Assembly: GCA_963809055.1 (NCBI GenBank)
Contig: CAWEID010000021.1
Location: 75,351 to 139,350 of the forward strand
DNA from: an uncultured Pseudomonadota bacterium
GTDB taxonomy: Bacteria; Pseudomonadota; Alphaproteobacteria; Rhizobiales; Beijerinckiaceae
DNA: 64,000 nt
Direction: 5' to 3'
Shown: piece after piece, positions 52,630 to 64,000 of the stretch
Numbering within the stretch: position 1 is the stretch's first letter
Layout: each line of letters starts with the position of its first letter
Translations under genes and position numbers: made by a program
Notes under the pieces: generated by a model
The model's input: the letters and a program-made list of their open reading frames with translations, nothing else
Databases searched by the model: none
Told to the model about the DNA's origin: nothing

Positions 52630-52761
52630 TGGATCACCTCCTTTCAGGTTGTTGACGACAGAACCAGAATACGGTGATTCGGCGAATTTGAAAGCCCGGA
52701 ATTTCGACCTTTCGCCGTAGCTTTGTGCGGTATGCTTAAAAATTGACTCGAACCCCCGGCC

Positions 52762-54105
<1,344 letters not shown>

Positions 54106-54227
54106 GGATTACGTCCTCCGGGCGCCGCGCGCCCGCCGCGTCGTGATCAATACCCCGATATACCGGGACATCTGTTCAAAATTCGTTGCAAAGTCTTGCG
54201 GACTTTTCTTGCGGGCCGGCGTCGAAC

Positions 54228-54620
54228 TCAGTTCAATACACGCCGGGAATATGGGCTATCCAGGGAAAATGCGGGGATGTCGATGTCGAAGACGCGTCCG
54301 TCCTCGCCGACCATCTTGTAACTTCCCGTCATGATGCCGCTGGGCGTATTGAGGGGGCAGCCCGAGGTATAGCGGAACGACTGCCCGGGCTCGAGCGTCG
54401 GCTGCTCTCCGACCACGCCCGCGCCGTTGATCTCCTCGAGCCGGCCGAAGCCGTCGGTGATCCTCCAATGGCGGTGCGTGAGTTGCACCTTGGCGCTGCC
54501 AAGATTGGCGATCTCGATCGTGTAGGTCCAGAAGTATTTGTTTTCGCTCGGCTCGGATCGCTCTTGCGAGTACTCGGGGCGAACGGTGACGCGGATTTCG
54601 TTGGTGACGGCGGAGTACAT
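54228..54620 (-). CDS. apaG: ApaG protein
   Basis: YTIEIAN, RHWRITDG, GAGVVGEQP, YTSGCPLNTPSG, FSLDSP. Confidence 0.96.
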   Translation of the reverse strand: MYSAVTNEIRVTVRPEYSQERSEPSENKYFWTYTIEIANLGSAKVQLTHRHWRITDGFGRLEEINGAGVVGEQPTLEPGQSFRYTSGCPLNTPSGIMTGSYKMVGEDGRVFDIDIPAFSLDSPYSRRVLN

Positions 54621-54745
54621 GGCTTAATTTTACTCGCTCTCCTCCCTTTGTCCAACCCCTTGAGTCGGCTCGCGGCGCCCCGGAGCCTCGACGCGCGGAG
54701 CCAAATGCCTATGATCGTCCGGCGACGCCCGAGCGGAGAGGCCGG

Positions 54746-55912
54746 ATGAATTCGGAGACGTTAGGCAACGCGAAGGCGCTGCTGGCCCAGTTAATCGGGT
54801 TCGACAGCATCAGCGACCGCTCGAACCTGCCGCTGATCGATTTTGTCGCGAATTATCTCAGAAGCCTCGGGGTGGAGCCGCGCCGCCTGCCTAACGCCGC
54901 CGGCGACAAGGCGGCGCTGATGGCGACGATCGGGCCTTCGGTCGACGGCGGGATCGTACTTTCCGGCCATACTGACGTCGTCCCGGTCGAGGGGCAACTC
55001 TGGACGGGCGACCCGTTCGAGATGCGCGAAATCGAGGGCAAGCTCTACGGCCGCGGCGCCTGCGACATGAAAGGCTTCGACGCCGCCGTGCTCGCGATGG
55101 TCCCGACCTTCCTCGCGGCCGGACTGCGCCGGCCGATCCATATCGTGCTCAGCTACGACGAGGAAACTTCGTGTCTGGGCTCGCTCGACGCGATCCGGCG
55201 CTTCGGACGCGACCTGCCGGTTCCCGGAATGGTGGTCGTCGGCGAGCCGACGCTGATGGCGGTCGCCGACGCGCACAAGGGCGTGGCGACGTTCCAGACC
55301 CGGGTCGAGGGGCTGGAGGCCCATTCGGCCAATCCCAGGCTCGGGGCCAACGCGATTTCCGCTGCCTGCCGGATCGTGACCGAAATCGACCGGCTCGCCC
55401 GTGATTTCGAGGCGCCCGAATGGCTCGATCCTCGGTTCGATCCGCCCTATTCGACCTATCATGTCGGGATGATCCGCGGCGGCAACGCTCGCAACATCCT
55501 GGCGCGCGAATGCCTGCTGCACTGGGAGTTTCGCGGGCTGCCGAACCATTCCTCGGCCGACGCGCTGGCCAAGGTGCAGCTCTATGTCGATGAGGTCGCG
55601 CTGCCGTTGCTGCGGCGCTATGTCGACAGCCCGACCATCACCACGACGATGGAAGTCGATGTGCCGGGCCTGGCCGCCGAGCCCGGCTCCCCCGCCGCCA
55701 CCGTCGCGCTCGCGCTGACCCGCTCGAACCGCACGATCGCGGTTTCCTACGCGACTGAAGCCGGACATTTCCAGCGCGCCCGCCTGCCGACCGTCGTCTG
55801 CGGGCCCGGCTCGATCGAGCAGGCCCACAAGCCGGACGAGTTCCTGGCGGTGTCGCAACTCGCCGCGTGCCTCGAGTTTCTCGAAGGACTGGCGGCGCGG
55901 GCGTCGGTTTGA
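54746..55912 (+). CDS. argE: Acetylornithine deacetylase (M20 family)
   Basis: [56 protein letters not shown]. Confidence 0.92.
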   Translation: MNSETLGNAKALLAQLIGFDSISDRSNLPLIDFVANYLRSLGVEPRRLPNAAGDKAALMATIGPSVDGGIVLSGHTDVVPVEGQLWTGDPFEMREIEGKLYGRGACDMKGFDAAVLAMVPTFLAAGLRRPIHIVLSYDEETSCLGSLDAIRRFGRDLPVPGMVVVGEPTLMAVADAHKGVATFQTRVEGLEAHSANPRLGANAISAACRIVTEIDRLARDFEAPEWLDPRFDPPYSTYHVGMIRGGNARNILARECLLHWEFRGLPNHSSADALAKVQLYVDEVALPLLRRYVDSPTITTTMEVDVPGLAAEPGSPAATVALALTRSNRTIAVSYATEAGHFQRARLPTVVCGPGSIEQAHKPDEFLAVSQLAACLEFLEGLAARASV

Positions 55913-55918
55913 GAAACG

Positions 55919-57151
55919 CTAAGCCGCTTTTGCCTTCGCCTTGGCCATCTCCTCCACGAACCTGCGGAACAGGTAATGGCTGTCGCGCGGGCCCGGCGAG
56001 GCCTCGGGGTGGTGCTGCACGGAAAAGGCCGGGCGGTCGGTAGCGCGATGCCGCAGTTCGAGCCGTCGAACAGCGAGACATGGGTGACGCGAGCATTGGC
56101 GGGCAGGGTCGCCGGGTCGATCGCGAAGCCGTGGTTCATCGACACGATCTCGACCTTGTCGGTCGTGAAGTCCATCACCGGATGGTTCGCGCCGTGATGG
56201 CCCTGCGGCATCTTGATCGTGCGCGCGCCGACCGCGAGGCCGAGCATCTGGTGCCCGAGGCAGATGCCGAAGATCGGCGATGCCGCTCTGGAGGAGGTCC
56301 TTGATGATCGGCACGGCATATTTGCCCGTCTCCGCCGGATCGCCCGGGCCGTTCGACAGGAACACGCCGTCCGGCTTCAGCGCGAGAATCTCGCCGGCCG
56401 GGGTCGTCGCCGGCACGACAGTAACCGCGCATCCGCAATCGCTGAGCAGCCGAGAATGTTGCTCTTCACGCCATAGTCGATCGCGACGACGCGAAAATTC
56501 GCGCTCTCGCGCCGCCCATAGCCGGCTCCGAGCCGCCAGCTCGTCTGGTCCCAGTCGTAGCGCTGCGACGAAGTGACCGACGGGAACCAGGTCCATGCCG
56601 TCGATCCCCGGCCACGCCTTGGCCTGCGCGAGCAGGGCCTCGCGGTCGAATTCGCCAGTGGGGTCATGCGCGATCACGGCGTTGGGCATGCCCTCGCGAC
56701 GGATCGTCGCGGTCAGGGCGCGCGTGTCGATGCCGGTCAGGCCAATGATGCCGCGCGATTTCAGCCAGGCGTCGAGCCGGCGGGTGGCGCGGAAGTTGGA
56801 AGGCTCGGCGACGTCGGCTCGGAAGATCGCGCCGCGCGCGCCCGCGGAGGCGGCGAGATTGGCGGTCTCTATGTCCTCCTCGTTGGTGCCGACCACGCCG
56901 ATATGGGGGAAGGTGAAGGTGATGATCTGGCCGGCGTAGGAGGGATCGGTGAGGATTTCCTCATAGCCCGTCATCGCAGTGTTGAAGCAGACCTCGCCGA
57001 CGGCGGCGCCGGTCGCGCCGACGCCGAAGCCCTCGAGAATCCGCCCGTCGGCCAGCACCAGCAGCGCGGTCGGCTTGCGGGCGGCCCATCCCCCGCTCGA
57101 GGCGGGGGTCTCTGCGCCGGGCGCCGGCGCGGGTCGTATTGCGTTTGACAT
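55919..57151 (-). CDS. carA: Carbamoyl-phosphate synthase small subunit, several frameshifts
   Basis: [71 protein letters not shown] and [12 protein letters not shown], with breaks near 56580, 56455, 56280 and 56040. Confidence 0.95.
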   Translation of the reverse strand: MSNAIRPAPAPGAETPASSGGWAARKPTALLVLADGRILEGFGVGATGAAVGEVCFNTAMTGYEEILTDPSYAGQIITFTFPHIGVVGTNEEDIETANLAASAGARGAIFRADVAEPSNFRATRRLDAWLKSRGIIGLTGIDTRALTATIRREGMPNAVIAHDPTGEFDREALLAQAKAWPGIDGMDLVPVGHFVAALRLGPDELAARSRLWAAREREFSRRRDRLWREEQHSRLLSDCGCAVTVVPATTPAGEILALKPDGVFLSNGPGDPAETGKYAVPIIKDLLQSGIADLRHLPRAPDARPRGRRAHDQDAAGPSRREPSGDGLHDRQGRDRVDEPRLRDRPGDPARQCSRHPCLAVRRLELRHRATDRPAFSVQHHPEASPGPRDSHYLFRRFVEEMAKAKAKAA

Positions 57152-57240
57152 GGGCCTGTGGTTAAGCGCCCGGGCCGCCGCGCGTCAAGCCGAAGCGTCC
57201 ACGGCGTAGGGAGCGAAGGGTTATGGCCGAGATGGTTCCG

Positions 57241-57690
57241 ATGCGCGACACTGTGACCGCGCTGATGAAGGACGCTATGAAGGCGGGCGACAAAACCCGG
57301 GTCGGAGCCCTGCGCCTCATCATGGCCGCGCTCAAGGAACGAGAGATCGAAGCGCGCGGTTCGGGCAAGATCGTCAGCCGGGCGGACGAACTCGCGCTGT
57401 TGACCAAGATGGTCAAGTCGCGTCAGGAATCGGCCGCGATCTATCGCGAGGCCGGCCGCGTTGAACTCGCCGAGCAGGAAGAGGCGGAGATCGCCGTCAT
57501 CAATGAATTCCTGCCCCGGCAGATGGACGAGGCCGCCATCGCCGCCGCCGCCAAGGCCGCGATCGCCTCGACCGGCGCCGCCGGCATGCGCGACATGGGC
57601 AAGGTCGTCGCCGCGCTGAAAGAGGGTTATCCTGGCCAGATGGACTTCGCCAAGGCGAGCCAGATCGTCAAGAGCCTGTTGAACGGCTGA
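57241..57690 (+). CDS. GatB/YqeY domain protein
   Basis: KDAMKAGDK, ALRLI, KMVKSRQES, FLPRQM, DMGKV; divergent from carA. Alternative start at 57223. Confidence 0.92.
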   Translation: MRDTVTALMKDAMKAGDKTRVGALRLIMAALKEREIEARGSGKIVSRADELALLTKMVKSRQESAAIYREAGRVELAEQEEAEIAVINEFLPRQMDEAAIAAAAKAAIASTGAAGMRDMGKVVAALKEGYPGQMDFAKASQIVKSLLNG

Positions 57691-57713
57691 TCCGGGGCAG
57701 GGGCCGAAACGCG

Positions 57714-58307
57714 ATGTCGACACTGCGGAACGTCTGCGTTTATTGCGGCTCCAACGAGGGCTACGACGCCCGATTCGGCGAGGCGGCCGACCAATTGGGC
57801 GCCGCGCTCGCAGCCGCGGGCCTCGGCCTCGTATTCGGCGGCGGCGACAATGGCCTGATGGGCCGGGTCGCCCGGGCGACGCTCGCCGGCGGCGGCCGCG
57901 TCACCGGGATTATCCCCAAGTTTCTTGTCAAACGCGAGAACGCTCTGCTTCAGGCGCACGACCTCGTCGTCGTCGAGGACATGCATGAACGCAAGCGCAT
58001 GATGTTCGAGCGGGCCGACGCTTTCGTCGCTCTGCCGGGCGGCATCGGAACGCTCGAGGAACTCACCGAGCAGATGACCTGGGCGCAGTTGCAACGGCAC
58101 AAGAAACCCATTCTGGTAGCGGATATCGGCGGCTTCTGGCGCCCGCTGCTCGGCCTGCTCGCCCATATGCGCTCGGCCGGCTTTCTGCGGGAAGGCTTTG
58201 ATGTGCATTATCTCGTCTCGGAGCGGGTCGAGGACGTGCTGCCGATGCTGGCCGCCGCCGCCGATCGCGCCGCACGCGAAGTCGCCCTGGCCGCCGCCAA
58301 GCTCTGA
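57714..58307 (+). CDS. LOG-family nucleotide phosphoribohydrolase (TIGR00730)
   Basis: VCVYCGS, GLMG, MHERK, ALPGGIGTLEE. Confidence 0.95.
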   Translation: MSTLRNVCVYCGSNEGYDARFGEAADQLGAALAAAGLGLVFGGGDNGLMGRVARATLAGGGRVTGIIPKFLVKRENALLQAHDLVVVEDMHERKRMMFERADAFVALPGGIGTLEELTEQMTWAQLQRHKKPILVADIGGFWRPLLGLLAHMRSAGFLREGFDVHYLVSERVEDVLPMLAAAADRAAREVALAAAKL

Positions 58308-58393
58308 CCGCTTTCCCTCGCTACAATTTGGCGCCAATGTTAGTCGTCTGGGGCGAGGCCACGCTCGAGGGCGACCCCAAGGGAGATCTCGCA

Positions 58394-58831
58394 ATGACGC
58401 GGACGATTTGGAAACAGGCGATAGCGGCGACAGCGATCGGCGCATATGTGGCGGGCGGCGCGTTGCTTTCCGGCGCCGCCTGGGCGCAAACCGCGGCGCC
58501 GGCCGCGCCCGCAGCGGCCACGGACGCCGCCAATAGCGCCGCGGACAGCGCAAAGCCCAAGCCCAAACCGAAGGCGGGCAAGCCGGTCATCAACGTAGTG
58601 GTGAAGAACGGCCGCAAGGTCGGCCTGGTCGAACTCGATGCGGCGATTTCCGGAAGCGGCAAAAGCACAAAGATTGCCGGACCGCTCGCCGCGGGCAAGA
58701 AAACGGTCGCCCATTTGCAGCACGACAAGACGTGCCAGTTCGACCTGCACGGGACCTACGACGACGGCACGACGACCGACAACGACGGCGTCGAACTGTG
58801 CAAGGACAAGACGATCAACTTGGTCGACTGA
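58394..58831 (+). CDS. Secreted hypothetical protein with Ala/Pro/Lys linker and a two-Cys beta domain
   Basis: Signal peptide ending AWA; CQFDLHGTYDDG...VELCKD; GGGAGA RBS. Confidence 0.7.
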   Translation: MTRTIWKQAIAATAIGAYVAGGALLSGAAWAQTAAPAAPAAATDAANSAADSAKPKPKPKAGKPVINVVVKNGRKVGLVELDAAISGSGKSTKIAGPLAAGKKTVAHLQHDKTCQFDLHGTYDDGTTTDNDGVELCKDKTINLVD

Positions 58832-58895
58832 AGTCGCCGGGAAGGGGCCCGCGTCGCGCGCGGGCCCGACAATTTCCGATCCGCCTGGGGCGAAC

Positions 58896-59495
58896 CTACT
58901 TGATCGCGGCGTGGTAGAGTTCCGCTACATATTCCCAGTTGACCAGATGCTCGACAAAAGCCTTGAGGTAGTCGGGGCGGCGATTGCGGTAGTCGATGTA
59001 GTAGGAGTGTTCCCAGACGTCGATGCCGAGGATCGGGCGACCTTTGTGGACGAGCGGGCTCTCGCCATTGGCGGTCTTGGTGGCGGCGATCTTGCCGTCG
59101 ACGACGGCGAGCCAACCCCAGCCGGAGCCGAATTGCGTCGTGCCGGCCTGAATCAAATCTTCCTTCGCCTTCTCGACAGAGCCGAACGAATCGATCAGGG
59201 CCTTTTCCAGTTCGCCCGGAATCTTGCCGCCGCCGTTCGGCTTCATCCATTTCCAGAAGTGCAAGTGATTGAAATGCTGACCGGCATTGTTGAAAAGGCC
59301 GGGGTTCTTGCCGTGTGAACCGCGCACGATCTCCTCTAGGCTCTTGCCTTCCCACTCGGTTCCCTTGAGTAGGTTGTTGCCGTTGTTGACATAGGCGAGG
59401 TGGTGCTTGTCGTGGTGATATTCGAGCGTTTCCTTGGACATGTAGGGGCCCAAGGCGTCATGAGCGTATGGCAGATCGGGTAACGAGAAGGTCAT
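58896..59495 (-). CDS. sodB: Fe/Mn superoxide dismutase (Fe-type residues)
   Basis: LPDLPY, HHDKHH, FNNAGQHFNH, FGSGWGWL, DVWEHSYY. Confidence 0.95.
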   Translation of the reverse strand: MTFSLPDLPYAHDALGPYMSKETLEYHHDKHHLAYVNNGNNLLKGTEWEGKSLEEIVRGSHGKNPGLFNNAGQHFNHLHFWKWMKPNGGGKIPGELEKALIDSFGSVEKAKEDLIQAGTTQFGSGWGWLAVVDGKIAATKTANGESPLVHKGRPILGIDVWEHSYYIDYRNRRPDYLKAFVEHLVNWEYVAELYHAAIK

Positions 59496-59655
59496 CGGCG
59501 TGGCTCCTTGGGAAGTTGACATGCGCGAGGCGCAAGGCATCTCGCGACCGGGCGCATTGTTAGACCGGCCCCGCGCGCCCCGCAACCCGATCCGGCGTCT
59601 CGCGCGTCCCTCGATTTGCCCTGTTCTTTGCAGATTTTGCTAAAAGGAATTCGAA

Positions 59656-60258
59656 ATGGCCTTCATTGTTTTCGCGCTCGGACTGTTGCTGACGATCGCC
59701 GGTTGCGGCGGTCTGCTGGCGAGCGTCGACCTGTTGCCGACGGAGGTCGGCCTGCTCTATGCCGGCTGCGGCGTCATTTCGGTTTGCGCCGGCTTCACGG
59801 TGATTTCCATCGGCGTTCTGGTGCGTCGGGTCGAAGCGCTGGGATCGGCGCTGGGCTCGAGCTCGGGCGCGAACTGGCGCGCGGCCGACGGCGCGTCCCG
59901 GGAAGCCGCGGCGCAACCGTCCGACGCCCCCCAGAGCGTCCCGCGCGGCCTGCAAGCGTCCGCCCATTCCGCGCCGGCGGTCCCTCCGCCGGAGGCGGAG
60001 GAAGAGCCTAGCGAACCCGCCGAGGAGGACGAACCCGTCAACGAAAACCGCTCAGGCCATATTCCGACCCTGCACGAATTCGAAGAGGCGATCGCGCATC
60101 CCGAGGAGCCGCCGACGCTGGTGGGCCGCTACAGCGCGGGCGGCGCCAATTACATGATCTTCTCCGACGGCACGATCGAGGCCGAGACCGAGGAGGGCCA
60201 GTTCCGTTTCGCCTCGATGGGCGACTTCAAGGCCTATATCGCAGGCCGCCGCGAGTAG
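59656..60258 (+). CDS. Hypothetical membrane protein (2 TM, acidic linker, small C-terminal domain)
   Basis: Two N-terminal TM helices; C-terminal VGRYSAGGANYMIFSDGTIEAET; AAGGA RBS. Confidence 0.75.
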   Translation: MAFIVFALGLLLTIAGCGGLLASVDLLPTEVGLLYAGCGVISVCAGFTVISIGVLVRRVEALGSALGSSSGANWRAADGASREAAAQPSDAPQSVPRGLQASAHSAPAVPPPEAEEEPSEPAEEDEPVNENRSGHIPTLHEFEEAIAHPEEPPTLVGRYSAGGANYMIFSDGTIEAETEEGQFRFASMGDFKAYIAGRRE

Positions 60259-60283
60259 CCCGAGCCGCCGTCAAAGGGTGGGC

Positions 60284-61282
60284 TCAGAGCGGGATGGCGT
60301 GCCGGCGCGCGAGCTCTAGCAACGAAACCTGCGGACGCGCGCCGATATGCTGGATGATCTCCCCGGCGGCGAGCGCGCCCAGCTGCGCGCACGTCCTATG
60401 ATCGACCCCGCGGGCGAGCCCGGCAAGGAAGCCCGCCGCGAAGAGGTCGCCAGCGCCCGTGGTGTCGACCAGCCCGGCAATGGGGAAGGCCGCAACCTCC
60501 GTCGTCTTGTCGCCTTCGACGACCACGGAGCCCTTTTCCGAGCGCGTCACGACCGCGAGCACGCCCTCTTTGGCGAAGGCGTCGAGGGCTTCGGACAAAT
60601 GCGGCGTTTCGTAGAGCGAAAGCGCCTCCTCGGTATTGGCGAACACCGTGTCGACCACGCCGGTGCGCATCAGATCGATGAATTCGCCGCGGAAGCGGTC
60701 GACGCAGAACGAATCCGACAGGGTCAGGGAAACGCGATTGCCGGCGGCGCGCGCGATCCGCCCCGCCTTGCGGAACGCCTCCTTCGCGGCCGGGCGATCC
60801 CACATGTAGCCCTCGAGATAGACGAACCGGGCCGCGCGCACGAGCGCTTCGTCGACATCGTCGGGCGAGAGGTAGGTGCTCGCGCCCAGGAACGTGTTCA
60901 TCGTGCGCTCGCCGTCCGGCGTGACATAGACGAAGCAACGCCCTGTGGCGGGTCCGTGTTCGGCGGGCCGCGTCGTGAACCCGACGCCGGTGGCGCGAAT
61001 GTCGTGCTGGAAGATCTGGCCGAGCGGATCGTTCTTGACCTTGCCGATATAGGCCGACTTCACGCCGAACGAGGCGACGCCGACGATCGTGTTGGCGGCC
61101 GAACCCCCGCTGACGATGCTGGGGTCGCGCCGCGCGGCGTAAAGCGCTTCGGCGCGGTCTTCGTCGATCAGCGTCATGGCGCCCTTGGCCATGTCCTGTG
61201 CGAAGAGATAGGCGTCGTCGGCATGGGCGATGATGTCGATGAGACTGTTGCCAAGCCCCAAAACGTCCACGGCTTCGGTCAT
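60284..61282 (-). CDS. PfkB-family kinase (adenosine kinase-like)
   Basis: GGSAANT, DGERTMNTFLGA, YLEGYMWD, FAN, DTTGAGDLFAAG. Confidence 0.93.
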   Translation of the reverse strand: MTEAVDVLGLGNSLIDIIAHADDAYLFAQDMAKGAMTLIDEDRAEALYAARRDPSIVSGGSAANTIVGVASFGVKSAYIGKVKNDPLGQIFQHDIRATGVGFTTRPAEHGPATGRCFVYVTPDGERTMNTFLGASTYLSPDDVDEALVRAARFVYLEGYMWDRPAAKEAFRKAGRIARAAGNRVSLTLSDSFCVDRFRGEFIDLMRTGVVDTVFANTEEALSLYETPHLSEALDAFAKEGVLAVVTRSEKGSVVVEGDKTTEVAAFPIAGLVDTTGAGDLFAAGFLAGLARGVDHRTCAQLGALAAGEIIQHIGARPQVSLLELARRHAIPL

Positions 61283-61403
61283 GTATCCCCGCTCCTAATT
61301 CGACCGGGGCTCTCCTCGCATCACGGCCGGCGGCGGTCAACGTGCGGCAAGAGCCCAAAGCGAAGGATCGAATTGCGCGGCGGACCGGCTGGCGAGGCGG
61401 GGC

Positions 61404-62003
61404 TCAAGAGGACGACGGGCCTTCGTCCGGCTCCTGGTCGAAGGACACGACGAGGCCCCCCTCGACGTGACGCGATACTATCGCGGATTGCTGGCCCAGC
61501 ATGATGGGCGCGCCGACCGGCGGATCGGCGTCCACCCTGCAGCGTGCGCCGGCGAGCGACACTTCAAGCAATTCGGCCTCGAACTCGCTTCCGTCCGGCA
61601 GCCGCAAGGTCGTACGCACCGGTTCGACTTCATGGCGTTCGTGATCGCGCAGGTCGGCGACGCCGCCTTCCATGTGCAGGACTATCCAGTGAATGCGCTC
61701 CGCCAGTCGGGTGCGCTTGGTTTCCGGCGCGCGAATGTCGAGCGCAAATACGCCCGGCGCGCGACGCGCAATCACCCCTTCGAGCCTGCCCAGGTTTTGG
61801 ATATAGACCACCACCCGCTCGCCGTGACGCCCGATCTGCGGACCCTGAACCGAGACCCCGCTGGGCGACAGATCGATCGTGCGGCATTCGAACTCCCGGC
61901 CGTCCGAGAGCATGTAGCGGCCGCGCAACTCGACGGCTACGCGGCTAAAGCGGCGCTGTTCATCGAGAGTCTCGATGCTTTCGAGCAAGCTGGGGCGCAT
62001 CAT
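61404..62003 (-). CDS. Tandem PilZ-domain protein
   Basis: Domain 1 has RRFSR and DLSPSG; domain 2 has RDHER and EVSLAG. Confidence 0.85.
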   Translation of the reverse strand: MMRPSLLESIETLDEQRRFSRVAVELRGRYMLSDGREFECRTIDLSPSGVSVQGPQIGRHGERVVVYIQNLGRLEGVIARRAPGVFALDIRAPETKRTRLAERIHWIVLHMEGGVADLRDHERHEVEPVRTTLRLPDGSEFEAELLEVSLAGARCRVDADPPVGAPIMLGQQSAIVSRHVEGGLVVSFDQEPDEGPSSS

Positions 62004-62531
62004 GGCCGAGCGCTCCAGCGGCTCGCGCGCCTCGCGCCGTCGCCCGGATACGATCTCGGCGCAGGGATAATTTCAGCAGCAATACAACAGGATTCGACCA
62101 TGTCCGAGCTCGCGTGGCCGGCGAAAATCCGGCATGCGTTTGCGAGACGTCGCCGCCTCACACTCAATGCTAGGCGAAAGTTACTAACAAATCATCCCTA
62201 ACGTGGGGGGCTTTGTAGTCGATAATATTTGCCGAAAGTCCGTCTCATCGTTATTGCATTGAAGTCTAATTATAAGAAAAGTGCGATTTACTTTACGTTA
62301 GTACAAGCAAGAATGTATAATTGGCCAATCCGCCGGAAGTTTCCAGAAATGGAACGTTGATTGAACCGCGGTTTGTATATAGCATAGATGCCGAGTATGA
62401 TTTTGCTCCGCCAAACCTTCTTCAACCCATAAATGACATAAATATCAGGTGCGACGCTTGCGTCGGCGGGGCAAAGCGGCCCACGTTGCGGAGCGACGGC
62501 GCGGAGCCTGCTCGACCTGCGGACGGCTGAG

Positions 62532-64000
62532 ATGCCCTACAAGGAAGTACGACTGATCTTTCTGGCTTCCGCGGCGCTCGCGGTTATCGCCTGGGCGGTC
62601 CTGATCGCGTTGATCAACTCGTCCCGGGACGCCGAAATCGAGAACGGCTATCGCCTTGCGCAATCGGTCGCCGATATCCTGGCGGAGCGCACGAACAACA
62701 CGTTCATGCGCGTCGACCGCGTCCTCGCCCACGCCGCCTATGAACTCAGTCGCGACAACTCGCCCAACCGAATCAAGGAACTCGTCGACGCCCAGATCAT
62801 TTCGATGGAAGATCTGGTTCAGATGTCCTTTACCGACGCGCAGGGCGTCGATTTAGGCGCCAGCAACGGTCCGGACATCAAGCGCATTCCCCTCGCTGAC
62901 CGCGAACACATCCGTGCGCAACTCGATCGCCAGGTCGACGGGGCGTTCGTAGGCAAACCGGTCGTGGGCCGCCTGTCCGGCAAATGGTCGATCCAGATCA
63001 CGCGCCGGTTCGACAATCCCGACGGCTCGACCAAGGGCGTTGTCGTGGCCTCCATCGATCCGCATCTCTTTTCGGGGATGGGCGGGGCCGTTTCGACTCC
63101 GAATTTCGTCGTGACCGAATTGATCGGACTGGATGGCGTGTTGCGCGCGCGCTCCGCGGACCTGGACGCCTCGCTTGCCGCACCGGACAGAAGTCAGGTC
63201 GTGGCGCTCGCGAAACTCCAGAATTCGGGCCGGGTGCTCGATCATGGCTCGGACGGCGTCGAGCGTCTGGCTTATTTCGAAGCTGTCCGCGGATTGCCGC
63301 TGTTTGTTTTGAGCGGAGTTTCCCGCGACGAAGTGATTGCGAAGACCTTGGTTCGCCAACGCGCGTTCATCGGGCTCGGCGTAGCGATAACGGCGTTGTT
63401 GCTCCTGTTCGCCGCGGTGCTGTCCAGAACCGTCGTTCGATTGAAACAGCGGGAGACGGAGGCGAGCGCTGCGCAAGCCCGACTCTACGGCGCCGTGAAC
63501 GCGCTCTCGCTCGGCTTCACGATCTACGATTCGAAGGGACGCCTCGTGCTCGCGAACGACGCCTACAAGAGAATGTATCCGGAGATAGCTGAGCTGATGA
63601 AGCCGGGACTGCCGTTCGAAGAGCTGAAACTCGCCGGCGTCGAGGCGGCCTATTTCGCATTGCGCGGCGCCTTTGCCGAGGTCTGGCGGAAAGCTTGGAC
63701 GGACAAGTCGGTCATGAATTTCGGTCCCGTGGACGCTCAATTGCCCGACGGGAGATGGATCCGGGTCACCGAGCAGCGCACACCGGAAGGCGATATGGTC
63801 GGGCTGCGCGACGACATTTCCGAGCGAAAGCTGCGCGAACAGGAATTGGCGCGCAATCGCGAGGAACTCGAGGCGCAGGCGCGCCAGTTGCGCGAACAGG
63901 CCGACGAGATGTCGCGGCTCGCCAAGGCGGCCGGCGACGCCAACAAAGCCAAGTCGGCGTTCCTGGCCGCCATGAGTCACGAGATCCGGACGCCGCTCAA
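62532..64000 (+). CDS. Membrane sensor histidine kinase (Cache-type periplasmic domain, PAS, HisKA), 3'-truncated
   Basis: ATG 62532 is in frame with the H-box ANKAKSAFLAAMSHEIRTPL at the window end. Order is TM, LADREHI..VGKPVVGRLSGKWSIQITRR Cache-like segment, second TM, then PAS (IYDSKGRLVLANDAY). Missing from the ORF track because it has no stop in the window. Confidence 0.92.
   Translation, partial: MPYKEVRLIFLASAALAVIAWAVLIALINSSRDAEIENGYRLAQSVADILAERTNNTFMRVDRVLAHAAYELSRDNSPNRIKELVDAQIISMEDLVQMSFTDAQGVDLGASNGPDIKRIPLADREHIRAQLDRQVDGAFVGKPVVGRLSGKWSIQITRRFDNPDGSTKGVVVASIDPHLFSGMGGAVSTPNFVVTELIGLDGVLRARSADLDASLAAPDRSQVVALAKLQNSGRVLDHGSDGVERLAYFEAVRGLPLFVLSGVSRDEVIAKTLVRQRAFIGLGVAITALLLLFAAVLSRTVVRLKQRETEASAAQARLYGAVNALSLGFTIYDSKGRLVLANDAYKRMYPEIAELMKPGLPFEELKLAGVEAAYFALRGAFAEVWRKAWTDKSVMNFGPVDAQLPDGRWIRVTEQRTPEGDMVGLRDDISERKLREQELARNREELEAQARQLREQADEMSRLAKAAGDANKAKSAFLAAMSHEIRTPL

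Noticed and set aside
52629-52645. CTGGATCACCTCCTTTC, identical to the 3' end of 16S rRNA
   Set aside because: No other rRNA sequence flanks it; it is better explained as an extended SD on the minus strand.
55919-57151. carA as a pseudogene or programmed-frameshift gene
   Set aside because: Several indels with no slippery motifs and with catalytic motifs intact; the same pattern occurs in many unrelated genes, pointing to sequencing error.

Overview
GC-rich alphaproteobacterial chromosome segment (Hyphomicrobiales-like by gene content and motifs; genus not determinable here). In order it holds: the end of a histidine-utilisation operon (hutH-hutG-hutU-hutD) and a polar amino-acid ABC importer with a HutC-like operator; a Tat-exported flavin amine oxidase with cytochrome c, a secreted phytochelatin-synthase-like protein, a GST and an aldo-keto reductase; an AT-rich XRE locus; sugar-acid dehydratases, SDRs and MFS transporters; an Irr-box-preceded operon (OprB porin, beta-propeller protein, DyP/EfeB peroxidase, cupredoxin); a TetR-MFS-PaaI unit with twin operators; housekeeping genes (accA, apt, purC, actP, modBC, glmM, apaG, argE, carA, sodB); a tRNA-Arg with a UCG anticodon beside a small MFS/AraC islet; an orphan SPFH-like membrane protein; a small mRNA with an extended Shine-Dalgarno; and a PilZ gene divergent from a truncated histidine kinase. 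At least 11 genes, including carA, carry clustered indels that look like assembly errors rather than true pseudogenes. No CRISPR array, rRNA, integrase or transposase was seen. The best novelty candidates are the permease-less iron-regulated porin/propeller/DyP/cupredoxin operon, the tRNA-Arg(UCG), the extended-SD small mRNA, the orphan SPFH-like protein and the HutC-linked amine oxidase/cytochrome c pair. All assignments come from motif recognition by eye; no database searches were run.
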